The notes under the pieces: generated by a model
What the model was told of the DNA's origin: nothing
Databases searched by the model: none
The model's input: the letters and a program-made list of their open reading frames with translations, nothing else
Shown here: piece by piece, positions 15,299 to 16,240 of the stretch
Layout: every line of letters starts with the position of its first letter
Position numbering within the stretch: position 1 is the first letter of the stretch
Translations under genes and position numbers: made by a program
Origin: Sulfurimonadaceae bacterium
GTDB lineage: Bacteria > Campylobacterota > Campylobacteria > Campylobacterales > Sulfurimonadaceae
Length of the DNA: 16,240 nt
NCBI GenBank assembly: GCA_041562555.1
Contig: JBFEXS010000046.1
Span: forward strand, 1-16,240
Direction of reading: 5' to 3'

Positions 15299-16240
15299 AT
15301 GACCTATTATGAAAAACATCCCGGACATATAACCTGTTTGATCTGCCAACACTATTGTCAACTCAAGGAAAATGAAGTTGGGCTCTGTGCCAATCAGAAA
15401 AATATACATGGAGAGCTTGTCGGGATTACTGTCAACAAACCTTCTGCTATCAGTATTGACTATATTGAGAATCGCCCTTTTTTACATTTTATGCCCGGAT
15501 CATCGGTTTTATGTATCGGTACAATTGGCTGCAATATGCACTGTCCCTCATGTCAAAACCATCAGATCACCCAACATTATGCAAATGTAGAACCGCTTTT
15601 CCTCTCTCCCATCGAGATCGTCAAACTGGCCCTTGAACAAAACATCAAGATCATCTCCTTCGGATATAATGAACCCATTGTCTATTATCCTTATGCCAAA
15701 GAGATTGGGAAAATTGCCAAAGATAAAGGGATCAAACTCGTCATGCAGACCTCATCCTATATGTCCGAGGAAATCGCCCATGACATGGCGACCTGGTTAG
15801 ATGGTGTACATGTTGATCTTAAAAGTCTCAATCCTGCTTATTATAAGAATGTATTGGGTGCCAATCTCGCTTCTATCCAAGCCAATCTAAAGATCTTGGC
15901 CCACGCTTCGATTTGGCTTGAGGTGACAACCCTTTTGATTGACGGTATCAATGATTCCGATGAAGAGCTAAAGGCTATGGCGCATTTTATAGATGAAGAA
16001 CTTGGATCCCATGTTCCCTGGCATCTGAGCGCATTTGAGCCCTACAACCATATGCAAACGTTTCAACCTACACGTACAAAGACCCTGCTCAATGCCTATG
16101 AGATCGCCAGTGCTCAGGGGCTGTATTATGTCTACTTTGGAAATGTTCCCTTTTTAAATGAGACCTTCTGTCCCTCCTGCCATGGCCTTTTACTGCAGCG
16201 ACGAGAAGAAGAGATCTTTGAAAACAATATCCTTGAAGGG
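15299..16240 (+). CDS. amrS: AmmeMemoRadiSam system radical SAM enzyme, divergent; truncated at the window end
   Basis: Manual translation from ATG 15299: MTYYEKHPGHITCLICQHYCQLKENEVGLC...HFMPGS...GTIGCNMHCPSCQN...YNEP...VDLK...WLEVTTLLIDGINDS...VPWHLSAF...YVYFGNV...TFCPSC. Radical SAM CxxxCxxC at 15530-15553. Open to the edge (314 codons); absent from the ORF track. Confidence 0.9.
   Translation, partial: MTYYEKHPGHITCLICQHYCQLKENEVGLCANQKNIHGELVGITVNKPSAISIDYIENRPFLHFMPGSSVLCIGTIGCNMHCPSCQNHQITQHYANVEPLFLSPIEIVKLALEQNIKIISFGYNEPIVYYPYAKEIGKIAKDKGIKLVMQTSSYMSEEIAHDMATWLDGVHVDLKSLNPAYYKNVLGANLASIQANLKILAHASIWLEVTTLLIDGINDSDEELKAMAHFIDEELGSHVPWHLSAFEPYNHMQTFQPTRTKTLLNAYEIASAQGLYYVYFGNVPFLNETFCPSCHGLLLQRREEEIFENNILEG

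Noticed and set aside
15372..15590. 72-aa plus-strand ORF (and 15197..15409 on the minus strand)
   Set aside because: Out-of-frame or antisense shadows of amrA/amrS.
1..16240. CRISPR array, tRNA/rRNA, IS or prophage
   Set aside because: All intergenic gaps are under 240 nt, with no spaced direct repeats or cloverleaf, and no transposase or integrase motifs were seen.

Overview
Mostly chromosomal housekeeping DNA, most likely from a free-living Campylobacterota (Sulfurovum/Sulfurimonas-like; inferred from gene order, protein style and extended -10 promoters without -35 boxes). The left part has a truncated response regulator, then gltX / SurA-like chaperone / accC-accB / dcd, the order I recall from C. 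jejuni Cj1288c-Cj1292, here with a small orphan lipoprotein inserted. The middle has a YfgD/ArsC-family gene divergent from the most interesting unit: standalone GAF - fused double DUF1538 membrane protein - non-canonical PII-like protein - second paralogous standalone GAF. The right part has a probably leaderless methyltransferase-asnB pair, a coiled-coil protein coupled to a CitE-like TIM-barrel lyase, a CxxS thioredoxin-fold exported protein, and a divergent AmmeMemoRadiSam A + radical SAM pair. Two CDSs run off the window edges and are missing from the ORF track (1..366 minus; 15299..16240 plus). I saw no tRNA, rRNA, CRISPR array or mobile element. Family assignments come from motif recognition only; no searches were run.
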